Positions 34,248 through 47,185 are shown, counted from the whole stretch's first letter. The stretch is DNA of 62,030 nucleotides, filler included, from Stramenopiles sp. TOSAG23-3 (GCA_900128585.1; 5 parts of 5 records of this genome joined end to end with filler, not necessarily neighbours in it); one strand, 5' to 3'. Notes: generated from the letters alone by a model not told the origin. A program made the numbers and translations.

Positions 34248-35672
34248 ATGCTTTCCCGTGCACTTGGAACCAACGCTTGGGGGGTTGCTCGTATGAGTTG
34301 GCGCGCCACTGGCGCGTGCTCCTTCAGCAGCTCTTCGGCGGGTTCGTCGGAGATGGCGCAAACACAGCACCACCCTAAAACTAACCAGGACGCAAAACTT
34401 CTCCGTGAACTGTCTGTCGGTGCCCCACGGTCGACCGTCCTATTTCAAACGGTCGACGAGCCGGGTGCCCTCGAGAACGCTTTGAGGATATTTTGGAAGC
34501 ACAACGTCAACATGACACGAATTGAATCGAAACCATCCCCGAAATCGACAACGAAGTACGACTTTATCGTGGATTTTGAGGGGACCAGAAAGGACTTTCC
34601 AACGATCGAGCTATTGAAGGATCTCAACAAGGAGTGCGTGCGTGTCCAGTTGATGGACGCGAAAACAGTGCCGTGGTTCCCGCAAACGTTATCCGACTTA
34701 GACTACTGCGTCCAAGAAACGCTCGATGCTGGCGCGGACTTGGAAAGCGACCACCCGGGGTTCAACGATGAAGAATACAGGGAACGTAGAAAGTTCATTG
34801 CGGACTGGGCCTACTCTTTTAAAAATGGAGACCCTGTTCCCAGGATCAACTACACGGACACCGAAACGGCCACCTGGGGTGCTGTTTATAGCAAGCTGCA
34901 GAGCCTCATTCCAAAATACGCCTGCGAAGAATACTTGCGGGTATTGCCGCTTTTAGAAAAGGAATGCGGGTGTCGGCCGGACAACATCCCGCAGGTTCGC
35001 GACATTTCCGACTTTTTAACTCGTTCGACAGGCTGGAAAATGAGGCCAGTCGCCGGGCTGCTGTCCGCACGGAATTTTCTAAACGGGCTGGCATTCAAAA
35101 CCTTCTTTAGTACCCAGTATATTCGGCACCATAGCAGACCGTTGTACACCCCCGAGCCAGATATTTGCCACGAGCTGCTAGGCCACGCACCGATGTTTGG
35201 GGACCCCAAGTTTGCTGAATTCTCCCACCAGATTGGGCTGGCGAGTCTCGGTGCGTCGGACAGTGACATTATGCGTTTGGCAACTTGCTACTGGTTCAGT
35301 GTTGAATTTGGCTTGTGTTACGAGAACGGGAAACCAAAAGCCTATGGAGCAGGCCTTCTCTCGTCATTTGGGGAACTGGAATACTCGTGCGCGCCGTACC
35401 GACCCGCAGGCGGCACCGACCAAACGCCCGAAATACGTCCTTGGGAACCGGAAAAGGCAGCATCCCAGGAGTACCCTATCACGGAGTACCAGCCAATATA
35501 CTACTGCGCCGAAAGTTTGGAGGACGCTAAGGAGCGCATGAAGGATTTCATTTCCAATCACATCAACCGGCCGTTTGGAGTGCGATACGATAACGCGACC
35601 AACACGGTCGAAGTTGATCGTGCTGTGCTAATGGATATGCCATCGGACGACAGCACACCGATAATGCCGTAA
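34248..35672 (+). CDS. PAH: Phenylalanine-4-hydroxylase (ACT + biopterin-dependent hydroxylase)
   Basis: ACT domain (NMTRIESKPS), VPWFP, DHPGF.D..YR.RR, PEPDICHELLGH, KAYGAGLLSSFGEL. Confidence 0.95.
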   Translation: MLSRALGTNAWGVARMSWRATGACSFSSSSAGSSEMAQTQHHPKTNQDAKLLRELSVGAPRSTVLFQTVDEPGALENALRIFWKHNVNMTRIESKPSPKSTTKYDFIVDFEGTRKDFPTIELLKDLNKECVRVQLMDAKTVPWFPQTLSDLDYCVQETLDAGADLESDHPGFNDEEYRERRKFIADWAYSFKNGDPVPRINYTDTETATWGAVYSKLQSLIPKYACEEYLRVLPLLEKECGCRPDNIPQVRDISDFLTRSTGWKMRPVAGLLSARNFLNGLAFKTFFSTQYIRHHSRPLYTPEPDICHELLGHAPMFGDPKFAEFSHQIGLASLGASDSDIMRLATCYWFSVEFGLCYENGKPKAYGAGLLSSFGELEYSCAPYRPAGGTDQTPEIRPWEPEKAASQEYPITEYQPIYYCAESLEDAKERMKDFISNHINRPFGVRYDNATNTVEVDRAVLMDMPSDDSTPIMP

Positions 35673-35937
35673 GCCGTTCTTACATTAAGTTTTTAGCTCG
35701 AGTTAAATTTGTGCACCAAGTCGTGGACACGACAACATATTTAATTTAATACGAAATATCATTTTTAAATATCTCTTTAAAGAATTTTAGGACGTTTGTA
35801 GGAAAAATGGTGATGCAGGGGGGTTGAAAGTTGATTTACATTAAAGATGTCTTCCCTCTTATGATAAAATATCGTTAAATAATTCTAAATGTTTCCACTT
35901 GGTCCGCCGTTAAGCTCTCCTCCTCGTTTGTTGTCTA

Positions 35938-36801
35938 TTAGTTTGCCACTGCTGCGGCCTCAAACATTCTTCGTACCGGCACGTGCAAAAACCTTTTGGC
36001 AACTTCAAACGGAAGTAGATTATCCAATGTTCGCCGCTGCTTCATTTGATCCTGCAGCGCGATCCGACCAACTGTCGCCTTGAGCATATCCATTAGGAAC
36101 TTAGCGGTGCTTTCGCTACCTTTTCTGGCACACAAATGAAACAGGTTGTTTCCAGCAATGCTGTCCACACTATTGGAAAATACATCCCTGATGATGCCCG
36201 TGTTGTCTTTATGCATGTTGAGATATTTCATTAGCCGTTTCAACACGTCAAAACGCTTCCATTCGACCGCCAACATTATCGAATTGTAGCCTTGCCAATC
36301 CAGCGCGGTGATTGCACGTACAATATTACCTTTGCCCAAACCGTTGCCCTTCAGTAAAAGTTCACCGAGTGCTTCAAAAATATCCGTTCGCCCTTGGCGC
36401 CCTGTTATAGAGCCGAGGTAATGGAAAATATTCCACTTCCTCTCCCCCGCGCACATTAAAATGTCAGCGCCTAACTTTTTCCGATTCTTTATTATGTACA
36501 GTGCTATGTCGGTATGGTTTTTGTGAAGAGCGCAGTGAATCGGCGCCAACCCGTCAGTTCGTGGTATTTCAACAAAGTTGATTTTTTCCTCCTCTTTGGC
36601 TTCACTGCCTTTGAGATAGGAAATCAAACATGACCTAATAAATCCTGATTTATTTCCTGCCAAAGCAAACTTGTGCATGTCAGGAAGTAACACTTTAGGG
36701 CGGCGGCGGTTTGTCTTTCGAAAGAACGCGTGAGAAACAACTTCTTTTTGCCCCCCTGCCGTTGTTTTCCCTGTACGACCTGGGGACTTCAACCGTGGCA
36801 T
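35938..36801 (-). CDS. Ankyrin-repeat protein
   Basis: GLAPIHCAL, GYNSIMLAV, GNNLFHLCA and LLPFEVA ankyrin-like units. Confidence 0.78.
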   Translation of the reverse strand: MPRLKSPGRTGKTTAGGQKEVVSHAFFRKTNRRRPKVLLPDMHKFALAGNKSGFIRSCLISYLKGSEAKEEEKINFVEIPRTDGLAPIHCALHKNHTDIALYIIKNRKKLGADILMCAGERKWNIFHYLGSITGRQGRTDIFEALGELLLKGNGLGKGNIVRAITALDWQGYNSIMLAVEWKRFDVLKRLMKYLNMHKDNTGIIRDVFSNSVDSIAGNNLFHLCARKGSESTAKFLMDMLKATVGRIALQDQMKQRRTLDNLLPFEVAKRFLHVPVRRMFEAAAVAN

Positions 36802-38033
36802 GCCCTTCTCCAATCACAGTTGTATACCCAATACACTGTACCTGTACCTATTCTGTAAAAGAAATGCTGTAAGAGCAAATACAAGAAAGTGTTTATAACG
36901 TGGCTTGGCATTTATTACAATGCCATCTCAGTTTTTATTTGTATTTACTTGCAATGCATCATATCAAGTCAGTGTCTCAACAAAATATAAAATATTATAT
37001 ATAACAAAAAAATATATTGGAAGAAAGATGAGATGGAAGAAGAAGACATCATTGTTATATTCCTCTTCTTTTTTTCTTCTTCTTTTTTCTTCTTCTTCTT
37101 CTCTCGCCACTCGCCATCCATATTCTTTCGTCGTATCTAAACTAGAAATAAGTAAGGATATAATTGTATTTTAATAATATTAGTCATTTGGCGCATTTTT
37201 TGTTCAGAACTACATATAATGTATATTTCAAAGGTCTAAATGTTAACATAAAATTATCATACCTTAACAATGAAGATGAGAAGAAATAGAGAACAGAAAA
37301 AGGTTCAGTTAGAAGAACGAAAAAAAGGGTAAAAAAAAGAAGAAAGAAAAGAAGAAGGCAAACAACAAGCAGCGATCGAGAGAATGAGCGAAGCAATTAT
37401 AAAAAGAAGAATTCTTCTAATAAATATTATTATAATTACTGCTGTGACCTTATTAATTATTATTTTAATACCCAACTAAAGAAAGAAGGATCATGGAAAT
37501 AAAACTTTACTTTATGTATTAATAAGACTACATTATTCCTCCTATTATAATATTTGTTAAGGCTATTTATTTAGTCTCTATATTTTATCATTATATTTGT
37601 CCATAGATAATAATAAATCCAATTTGGATGATTTCGTATTTTTTATCATACAAATCCCCTTTTTCGTTATGTTGTTTCTCTTCCTTTTATTTTTACAGGA
37701 GAGGCTATTCTATCTCTATGTACAATAATAGAAATGTAGTTTTAAATCATTACAAGTACACTACTCCTTCTATGTACAAAGGCAAACCATTTTTTTATTA
37801 TTATCATCGAAAGAAGTCGTTAATTTTTATTTTTTCTTGACTCATAAGATTTGAATTTGTATTGTATTAATACAGACCCTTCTTAGTTTATTTATATAAC
37901 TATATACTAAAGAAAATTATAAGTGTGGGTTGTTTTATTATTTTTATTAAATTTTAAACATTTAAAAATTTAAACTGCGATTTCTATCCTTCTATATAAA
38001 ATAAACAATGCTGTGTAAAGTATCATTTAAGAA

Positions 38034-38045
38034 TGGCGCGCCAAT
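38034..38045. promoter_or_regulatory. Candidate E2F-type palindrome TGGCGCGCCA overlapping CCAAT, upstream of H2B
   Basis: GC-rich palindrome isolated in a very AT-rich spacer about 570 bp before the H2B ATG. Function is inferred only. Confidence 0.35.
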
Positions 38046-38606
38046 CGTTATTTTTTCATTTGATGAAGATTAATGCCATGAAGCAAAACCAATGCTATGT
38101 TGCTGTAAATTCAAACCAAACGAAAAATATATACATTTCCATTTGCCTCACCACCACCTACTCTTACGACAAACCAAACTACATATCACAGCATATATAT
38201 CATATCTTTAGTACAACAACCATTTGCTTTTACTTGTTTTTTGTTTTTCGTTCTTTTCTCTTTTCACCTTATTCCTATACTATTCCTATGTAAATTTATA
38301 TTACCCTTCTCCCTATTTCATTTTTTTACCATTTCCTTCTTCTTCTCCTTTGATACACCCCTGTAATACTTCATTTACCTGTTTAACTTATATCTTGAAA
38401 GACAACAAAATAACACATCAATCAATCAAATTGAGATCACACGACTATTTCGTACAATCGGTTGCTGGGATAGCTGGGAGAGGAAGTGCATTCGGTCGGT
38501 GGTGAAATGAAACGGAAGCGAAACGTTTCGTATTTTCTTCGATTAGTTTCTCATCAATTTTAAGAAAACTTTCTGAATTCATTCTTATCACTAACAACAA
38601 ATAACA

Positions 38607-39144
38607 ATGGCAAAAACCCCATCCAAGAACTCAAGCAAGAGCGCCAAATCCAAGGCCGCCAAAGGTGGAAAGCGCAGAAAGCGCAGGGTAGAGAGCTACA
38701 GCTCGTACATCTACAAAGTCTTGAAGCAAGTTCACCCAGAGACTGGTATCTCCCGCCGTGCCATGTCCATCATGAACTCCTTCGTTAATGATACATTCGA
38801 ACGTGTTGCGACTGAAGCCATCAAGCTATCTCGCTACAACAAGAAGAAAACCTTGACCAGTCGTGAAATCCAAACCGGTGTACGATTGATGCTTCCAGGT
38901 GAGTTGAGCAAACACGCAGTTTCTGAAGGTACCAAAGCAGGTAAGTAACAAAACAAAAGTCTTTAGCCTACATCCTCGGTTTTCCCCGCAACACGCCCGG
39001 ATCGCACCCTCCTCTTTCCTCCAATGCGACACCGGACGTCTCTCGCCGTGCCTCCCCCCAGATTCCTTGATGCGTTTCCTATACTAACCGACCACATTTT
39101 ACTTTAACTCCGCAGTCACCAAATACACCAGCTCCCTTAACTAA
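38607..39144 (+). CDS. H2B: Histone H2B, two exons (38607-38940, 39116-39144)
   Basis: [16 protein letters not shown]...[26 protein letters not shown]; splicing gives the canonical-type end [10 protein letters not shown]. Confidence 0.97.
38941..39115 (+). other. 175-nt spliceosomal intron
   Basis: GTAAGT donor, TACTAAC branch point at 39082, pyrimidine tract, GCAG acceptor. Confidence 0.94.
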
Positions 39145-39447
39145 GCGTTCAAAGAAATGCATGTGGTCGGCATCGATAACGCTGCCAATCGACCATGACG
39201 AGAAAGAGGGAAAACAATGACCGCCGCTTTATGAGATGGAATGAATCCATCTAACGAGAGGGTAACGTTTGTTTTCTACACCGAGCACGGCAGAATGGGG
39301 AAACCGACGGGCCGCAGCGAGAAGGGTTTGTCTTTACCTTAGTGGGACAAAAGTAATTTTCACCTTAGCTATAGTTTCCTTTACAAGTATTTACATCAAT
39401 CGCATGTCGTAGAAGAGTACTTTAATATAAACATACATGAAGCCCAA

Positions 39448-42400
39448 TCAAAACGTCTGGCTTCGTTTCATTCGTATCCTCTGCAGAAAAAGCCGTTCGC
39501 GACCCCCCCTCCTGCTTTGGCCGCGCCAGGGCGTTCCCATGGCCATGCTGCTGTCTGTCTCCAACTCGGTCACTTTCATGCGCAGCTTGTTCCGTATGTC
39601 TTGGTAATACCTCTTGAATTGAAAAATGTCCAACTGCTCCCGCTGGAATTCAACCATGTACATTCCAGTCCGCATTAAATACACCCGAACGGCACAGAGC
39701 CTTACGTTGCCGGCCCGTATGTTCAACTTGTAAGTTTCGTAATTGACGTGCACCTGCTGCTTGCTGTCTGCGAATGGTGCTGGGAGAGACTGCGGGTCGG
39801 TCGCAATGATGCTGGAAATCATACTTAAAATTTCCTGCGCAGGAATTTGCGTGGAAAACCGTGTCGAACGGTTAACCATATCGTGGAACATCGGCAAACG
39901 CGTCTGCAGCATGTAGATTTCGGATTCTCGGGACGGATTGATTCGCGCCGAGCTGTCCGATACGCCTCTCGACAGAGCACCGTTGTTGTGTAACGCTCCC
40001 CCGCCCCTTCGGGCGACATTGCTGACGCCGGTTTTGGGGTTTCTAAGACTCAGCGATAGGTGGTCTTCGTCCAGCAAATCTTGCGTGGGTCCCGCGGCTT
40101 TCGATATAGCAGCAAGGGGGGGTGACGCAAAAATAGGTGTTCGGCGCTTGGAGGGCGACGAGGGGGACACGACAGACTCCGCCGCGGCGGGAAAGCCTGA
40201 CATTTTTTCTGGCAAGTCCAGCTTCATCGACCTTGCGGTCCTACTTCCAGGCTTCTTGTCACTTTCCTCGTCTAACGCAAACAAATCCGCATCGTCAATC
40301 TGCGGCTCGTCGGATACCGTTGGGACCAATCGTGGAGATATAAGCGAAGCCATTGCATCGGTGCTGTTCCCTTCAGGCTGTGCAGTGAGCGACGATACCG
40401 ACCCTGCACTGGCGACCGCCCTGCTCATTTTCAACATCGATGAGGTTGGGGCGGATGTCGACAGCAGTGGCGCCTTGGTGGCCGTGGATTTTGGCACATC
40501 ATTCGCGGGGGAGCCCTCTTGTGCCGCGGTAGCGGTCGCCATTGCGGATCTGTTCGCGAGCATTGAGAAAGCTGTTACGGGAGCCTGGCTTCGGTTTCCA
40601 TTTCTCCTGTACCGCGATGGTGCAGCAAGGGCCTTCTGCACGTACTGACGGCGCCAATTGTCACTGTTGGATTGGAACGGAGTCGGCAGCGCGACTGGGC
40701 GTGAGGCCATCGCGTAACTCGACCGGGGAGGGAAACGAGCGCTACCTTCTACCTGCTCTCCGTTCGCTGGTTCAGATGGCCCCAGAGACGCGCTAGATGG
40801 TCTCGGCGAGGCCTCGTGGGCGGCCGAAGAACCCAGGGTCGAAAACGCAGTTTTGGAGGATATGGCGGTCGGCACAGACCCCATCTCTGAGTCCTGGTCG
40901 GGGGGCATGTAAATATCGAGGGGATTCGAAAGCCGTCTTTTTACCTTGAAAATTCCACTTCCTCGCCCATCTGCACTTTTTGTTTCTGGCCTAGAGGCCG
41001 CTGCGGGCTTTTCTTCCTTTGGTTCAACATCGTCGTCCTCGTTTACAACGCCGCTTCCATAGTCTAACCCGTCGTTACCAGGGTCTACTTCGGCATTGCT
41101 GTCACCGTCCTCCCCATCGCTTGAATCGTCTCTATCCGCACCGTCCTCGCGGTCTGGCATGCTGACTTGGCTTTCGGTGGAAGATCGCAGCAGGTGAATG
41201 CTTTGGCCCTCGTCGCTCTGCCGAATCCTCTCCGGGTCAGCTGCCGCGGGCTCTATTGACGGGTCGTCCGCGCCAAAATAGGTGCGCTTGGCAAGCTCAA
41301 CGTCTATGCGGTGCTTCTCTGCGTCGTCGACCCACACGTGCGCGCGGGCATCGGCAACGGAGATTCTGGACTCGGGGTTTGGCTCTAGCATGAACGCCAA
41401 AAGTTCTTTCGCATCGTCCGAAAACTGCGGCGGGAAAAACCAATCGGGGTAACCCTGAGATCGCAACACCTCCTGCTTGATTGCCTTCAGTTTTTCTTTT
41501 AAAAAATTGATCCTCCTGGATTGGGGGGAACCCAACCCTTCGGCAGACGGTGGTGCGTCCGACAGGGGGGCTGCCTCTTGGCGTTCCTTCTGCTGCATGT
41601 ACTTGGACGTTGCCCGCTCCACAGCCCGCCGGCGCCTGCGGGCCCAAAAACTGAACTTGTCGAACCGTGGGCAATTCAGCACGTCCTTTCCAAAGGGGAG
41701 GTTCCCGGCCAGCATGGCGTACAAAATCACGCCCGCGCTCCACACGTCCGCTTTCGCCCCATCGTACCCGTCGCCTGCTTCTTGCAAGACTTCTGGGGCG
41801 ACGTAGTGGGGAGACCCAACCACGCTCGTCAACCTCCGCAGAGAGGCCGGCAAGGGAAAGCTTGAGGATTGCGAACGTGGGGGAAACGGCGGTGCTTGGA
41901 ATGCTGTGCTCGAATCTGCTTCCGTGTGGCTCCCCTCTTCCAAGAGGGCACTCAGCCCGAAGTCTGCTATTTTCAAAACAGCCTCGTCTCCTTCGTTCGC
42001 CAACAGCAAATTCTCAGGTTTCAAGTCTCGGTGGCATACACCTCTCAGATGGCAAAATGCGACGCCGTTCAAAAACTGTCTAAAGTACAAACGGGCCGTC
42101 TCTTCTTCCGTCCCTTCGTCCACTTTGATTCTATCGAATAGTTCCCCCCCGGTCGCGATTTCCAGCACCAAAAATATTGTCGCTTTGGAATCGTTCACCA
42201 GCTCAAGCACCTCCTCCAACATGAGCACGTTCGGGCATGGGGAGGGCTTGGAGCGGCCCAGTTTCGCCATGCTACTAATTTCACGGTATATCTTTCGTCG
42301 GGACAAAACAAACTTGACAAACTTTTCGGGGATCTTTGGGATGTACACTTGCTGGCCGCGCACGCTTATAGAAATCGGTTGCTGGGACTCGCTGTCGGTC

Positions 42401-42943
42401 TGCCCCGTGGGTACGGGCGTCCCCTTTGACGATTGCCGGCGCTGGCTGGTGAGGAAACTATCGATGTCCCACCCCCAAAGCTCTGCGCATTTTGGCAAGG
42501 GCAGCTCTCGCAGGCCCCCGACTCGCTCGTCTTCGTACGCAGCTACCACAGCGCGCGAATTAGGGTGAACAAGCCACCAAACATTGTCCAGCGTCAGCAT
42601 GGGCACCGACGGTTTTTGCTTCCCCCCCCCCGCCTCCCCCAACGTCGCTACCCAGCGCACCAGGGGTGCTATCTATCTCCCCATCGCCGGTTGTCAACGG
42701 CATTCCTCGCTTGGCGACAACATACCTCTGAAGCTGCATGGCTGGAACCATTTTATAACCTATTGGGTTTAGGATTTTTATGGCAACGTGCTTCCTCGTG
42801 CTCGCCTGAAAACCCTCGTAGACGACCCCTGCGGCACCCCCACCTAAATAATTGCCCAAATCATACGCGGGGACCCCGCATATAGAAATCGTCTGACCAT
42901 CGTACTTGTCGACCTGCCGCTCTTCCACATCAAAAAAGTTCAT
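39448..42943 (-). CDS. SNF1/CIPK-like Ser/Thr kinase with C-terminal KA1-like domain; +1 frameshift near 42622-42631
   Basis: GGGAAGVVY and VAIK lie in ORF 42560-42943. GGELFDRI, HRDLKPEN, DFG, GSPHYVAPE, YDGAKADVWS and the C-terminal MVEFQR..DIFQFKRYY lie in ORF 39448-42660. A G10 run lies in the overlap. Confidence 0.88.
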
Positions 42944-44209
42944 TTTACGTTAATTGTGGCCAGGCCGAGGTGATCACCCAGATGCCACTAAAACCCTACC
43001 CCTTGCGAATGCCAAGCTACCGTTCAAACGCAGCCCAGTAACGTTCACAAAAACAAACTCCCCCCCAGCAACGACAACGAGTCCCCGCTATCTTGTCTGA
43101 GCACAGCAATGGACAACTGCAAAGCGATATCCCCTCTAGGTACGGACGTGTGCGTTTCTCGGTGTCCTCCTCTTTTTTCTTGCTTCAGAACAAACGATTA
43201 ACGAATAGTTCAGGCAGGACTTGGTTGAGACTATGTATAGAACCATTCCCATTTCATTTTAGTTTAAATGTTGCTTGTACGATCATTCTTCCTTCCGCGT
43301 GTTAGTCTACAGCACGCACAAGACTGTTTTTTTAAGTTACATGATAAAGACAATATAATAATTATTATTAAGAATATTTTTTTTAAATGATAAAATAACA
43401 CTACACAGAAGGGGAAATAAAAATTATAAATTAAAAAATAAATAGTAGTGTTGTAGTAGGTCGATTTTCGTTGTTTCTTTGTTATTTTACTGTAGTAGTA
43501 TGATGACACTTTCTTCTTTTTTTTATTTATTATTTTTAATAAAAAAAAAGAGAAAATTAAAAAAATCCAACCCATTACAACAATTTTATAACATATAAAT
43601 AAGATACGTATATTGAATTTATATCAACAACATAAATGTTCTTAATAATTTGTCTTCGAGAATTAATTGTTTTTTCTTCCTTCTTTTTTTGTTGAGCTCC
43701 TTCTGAAGCATCGCAAATCGGTAGACCTCCGATACTGTGTACCTGTTGAAAAAATAAACCTCCGCACATTTTCACCTATTTTTCTATTTTTAGAGATTAT
43801 AAGTATACATTAAATAGTATACTATTTCTAATATTATCTATCAATGAAGAAACGAAGACTTTGTCAATCAAAAAATATTTAAATGTTATATACAATTATT
43901 ATACATATAATATGATAATTATATCTTTATTGATTATGAATAAATCAAGATATTTACATAATAAATGACGCATCTTTCTTCTGCGAAAAAACAAGTGACA
44001 TCTTCATTCCATGATGAGATGATATATAATAATTTATAATTTGTAAAATATAAAATTTATATTGAACAACGGCTAAGCGACTAACAAACTTGACTTCTCC
44101 GATTGGGCCCAATATTTCATACTAGGTATAAAGTATTAGATATATTTTATTAGCTTCCAATTATATTCCACAGCAGCAGAGCAGCAGTTCACGCACAGTT
44201 TTAAGAAGG

Positions 44210-44235
44210 GAGAGAGAGAGAGAGAGAGAGAGAGA
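44210..44235. repeat. (GA)n microsatellite
   Basis: About 13 GA units. Confidence 0.9.
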
Positions 44236-45197
44236 CATCGTTTTACAAAAGAACCAACTGGGACACCTTTCTTTCATTTTGATAGTCAAATAAATGCACG
44301 AACGAACGACTAACTATGGTACCGTAGTCTCCGATGATCGATCGAAATGGAAGGGTATTGAACACATCGAATAATATTTAGTCTTTCTATATGATGTAAC
44401 CATAGTAAATGTATATAATTAATCATTTTATTCATCAACAATGTACAGAGAGAGATTGTACTTATTATAAAATAATTGGTAAATAAACCATAAAGCACAG
44501 AATAATATAGAATTGAATTCTTCTATAAACCCTACTACTAACAGTAAAAATCACTTTCGTCCCCGTTCTCGCAAGCTCGCAAGGTGGAGGGGAGGGTATT
44601 ATTAATATTATACCGGTATTACCTACCCTCTACCGTACGGACGGTATATTATGTATTTTTACGAACCTGGCAATAATTACCACAAATATTTAATTATATA
44701 GAAAAAGAAAGAGAAAGAAAACAGCGAAAAAAAGTCACCATTTTATAGCTACGGTATTATAGAGACGAAGAGACGGACTACTAATAAAATAATTATTTGA
44801 TGACACACGGGACGAGACGAGGAGAAGACATCTTCTTATTCTTCTTCCCCAACAAAAAATGCTCCGCCCTGCCTGCTGGTTCCATGCTGGCATCATGCAA
44901 TAATAAATAAAAAAAAGAAGAAGAAAAAAATAATATTATTATTATTTCTTTTCTTCTTCTTCTACTACAGTGTCATCTTCTGTTGTTTGTGGTGTTGTTG
45001 TTGTGTGTTTTTTTTTTTTTTAAATAATAATAATAAAAATTATTATTTTTTTATTATAATTTTTTTCGATCGAATAATAGTGTCCATGGTTACTAAACTA
45101 TATAAATGCTTTTAATCTCGTAGACAATACTCAAAAAAAATACTCAAGTCCTTACGATTTAGTGCATTTTATACTCCAACACCAATTCTACGCGACC

Positions 45198-46199
45198 ATG
45201 TCATCGACTAAGATGCAGAGTTCGGAAAGGATAGTGTTCAAGTGGGATGAGGGTAACGGCGAGAAAGACGCTTCGCAAAGCATTGCGGGAGAAGAAGAGC
45301 TTGTCGAGTCTAGGCCCGCTCGTTTGGGTTTAGGGGCGAGTTTTTTGCCTCACAACCAGCACCTTCGCGTTGATGCGGGTGATACGCTGAAGAAACGGGT
45401 AAAGAAGGCAAAGAATAAGAAGCGAGCGATGCAAGCAGAGGACGACGATGCGGGAGGCAAGAAGAAAGTAGAAGAGGAGGACGACGACGACGAAGAAGAT
45501 AGTAGAACAGCCCGCTTTCAGAGCAAAGCGGCGAAACGAAAGTCGCAGATTGACGAAATATTTCAAGGCTACAAGAGTAACAAGAAAAGAAAAAAGAAGA
45601 AAAAGAAGAAACAGGCAACCGCTGAATCGAATGGGGAGCCCAATGCCACTACGGAAACCAAGGACGATATCGGGCTCCCGGTGCAGCGCGAGGAAGTGGC
45701 AAGCGCACAAAACGATGCTGGTGCAGAAAAGAGCACGGGCAACGATAAAGGGCGAAGCGAAAAGAAAGGGGGCGGTAGAAACACTGGTGGAGAAAACAAA
45801 AAAGATCAAGATTACGTGCCTCGGTCAAAGCGGAAAACAAAGTATGGGCGACGCACTCGCTCTCGACAGAAAAATATTAAGAAAGATACCCGACCGGCAC
45901 ATCTCCGACCGACGTACTTGACGAAAGGTGCCGCAAATTACAATCCAAAAGAGCCACGATGGAAGCACCGGGACAAAGACGATGGTAGCAAAGTAGCAAA
46001 GCTGAAGACGGGTGGATGGGTAGTCGAGGATCGCACCCCTCTTGGTGGTGCGAAAGACAGCAAGCCTGTGAAACCGAAGGGGGCGAACGAATCCAGTCAA
46101 GGCGAGAAAAACACCGTCGAAACGGGGGACAAGAATAACAGCACGGACGCGTGCGGTGATGATGCATTTTTTAATGATCCTGCCAACCAGGCTTGGTAA
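45198..46199 (+). CDS. Lysine-rich, probably nuclear/nucleolar hypothetical protein
   Basis: Highly charged ORF with RPARLGLGA and RTRSRQKNIKKDTRP motifs and poly-K NLS-like tracts. Confidence 0.75.
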   Translation: MSSTKMQSSERIVFKWDEGNGEKDASQSIAGEEELVESRPARLGLGASFLPHNQHLRVDAGDTLKKRVKKAKNKKRAMQAEDDDAGGKKKVEEEDDDDEEDSRTARFQSKAAKRKSQIDEIFQGYKSNKKRKKKKKKKQATAESNGEPNATTETKDDIGLPVQREEVASAQNDAGAEKSTGNDKGRSEKKGGGRNTGGENKKDQDYVPRSKRKTKYGRRTRSRQKNIKKDTRPAHLRPTYLTKGAANYNPKEPRWKHRDKDDGSKVAKLKTGGWVVEDRTPLGGAKDSKPVKPKGANESSQGEKNTVETGDKNNSTDACGDDAFFNDPANQAW

Positions 46200-47185
46200 G
46201 GTTACCGATTAAAATTAAATGTTCTATTGACTTTTAAAAAAACAAATTATAATATAGACTTTTAATAACACTCCCAGATGAAAAACAAATTATATAAATG
46301 ATAAAATATTTAATACGATCGTACTTTGTAACGTATCAGTAAAACTGATGCCAAAAGAGCGTTTTGATTTTTAATTTACGCCCCGCTGTTTACTTACGAA
46401 GTAGATATTCTTTTTAACACACTCTGTAAAACACTTGAAAAAAGATCTGTGGATGGGTTGTGGACGGTGGTGGGGTGGGTGGCATTGTCGATTTTATTAT
46501 TGATGATAGGTATATTATTTGTTACAAAATAATTGTATTGTATTACTTTACTATACGTACTACAAGTACTACGAACTAAAAGCAAAGCTCTAATAATCCA
46601 AATGTAAAGAAATTTCTGAAGTGGCAAGATGGGTTCTTATATTTATATATTATTATAACGATATTATTATATAGTCTCCACTCTCTCTCTCCTGCCTGAT
46701 AAAGAACCGTTTTTGTTCGTTATACCTGTTTTTACAATATTTGAACTTTGGTTTGGTAGTATACATAGCATAGACCGTAGAGCATTAAAATGAAATGCAA
46801 TGATTAAAAAAATAAATAACAACAATAATGAACAAGTCGTCTATTATTATTACATTTATATAATTTGCCAAATATATAATAATAATAATATGGTAATACA
46901 ATCATCATCAATGTAAAATAAAAATAAATAACTCCGATCAATTTCCTCTTCTTCTTTCTTCTCCATTATATATATTATTATTTATCCGATCTCTTCTATA
47001 TTATTCCAATTGGTGTTTCTAAAAAGTATATATAGTGCTACAATTAGTTACGCACTTTTGTTACCGATTATTCAAATTGTATGGAACATAGAATCCCGAC
47101 ACTAGAAGAAGGAAATATACAAGCAGACTTTCGCTGAAGATTCAAAGAACGTTCTGTAGAAAACTCAAAACAACGGGAGAGGAAT

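Noticed and set aside
7871..35672. Phe/Tyr catabolic cluster (PAH, then fumarase and SCOT acting on fumarate and acetoacetate)
   Set aside because: PAH is on a different contig across an artificial linker. FH and SCOT are separated by unrelated genes, and the intermediate enzymes are absent.
39145..39447. Short hairpins after H2B (TGGTCG/CGACCA, AGATGGA/TCCATCT) as ncRNA or histone stem-loop
   Set aside because: Stems are only 6-7 bp, with no histone stem-loop consensus or recognisable RNA family; compatible with chance.
44102..44113. Palindrome ATTGGGCCCAAT in a divergent spacer
   Set aside because: A single occurrence with no supporting recurrence.
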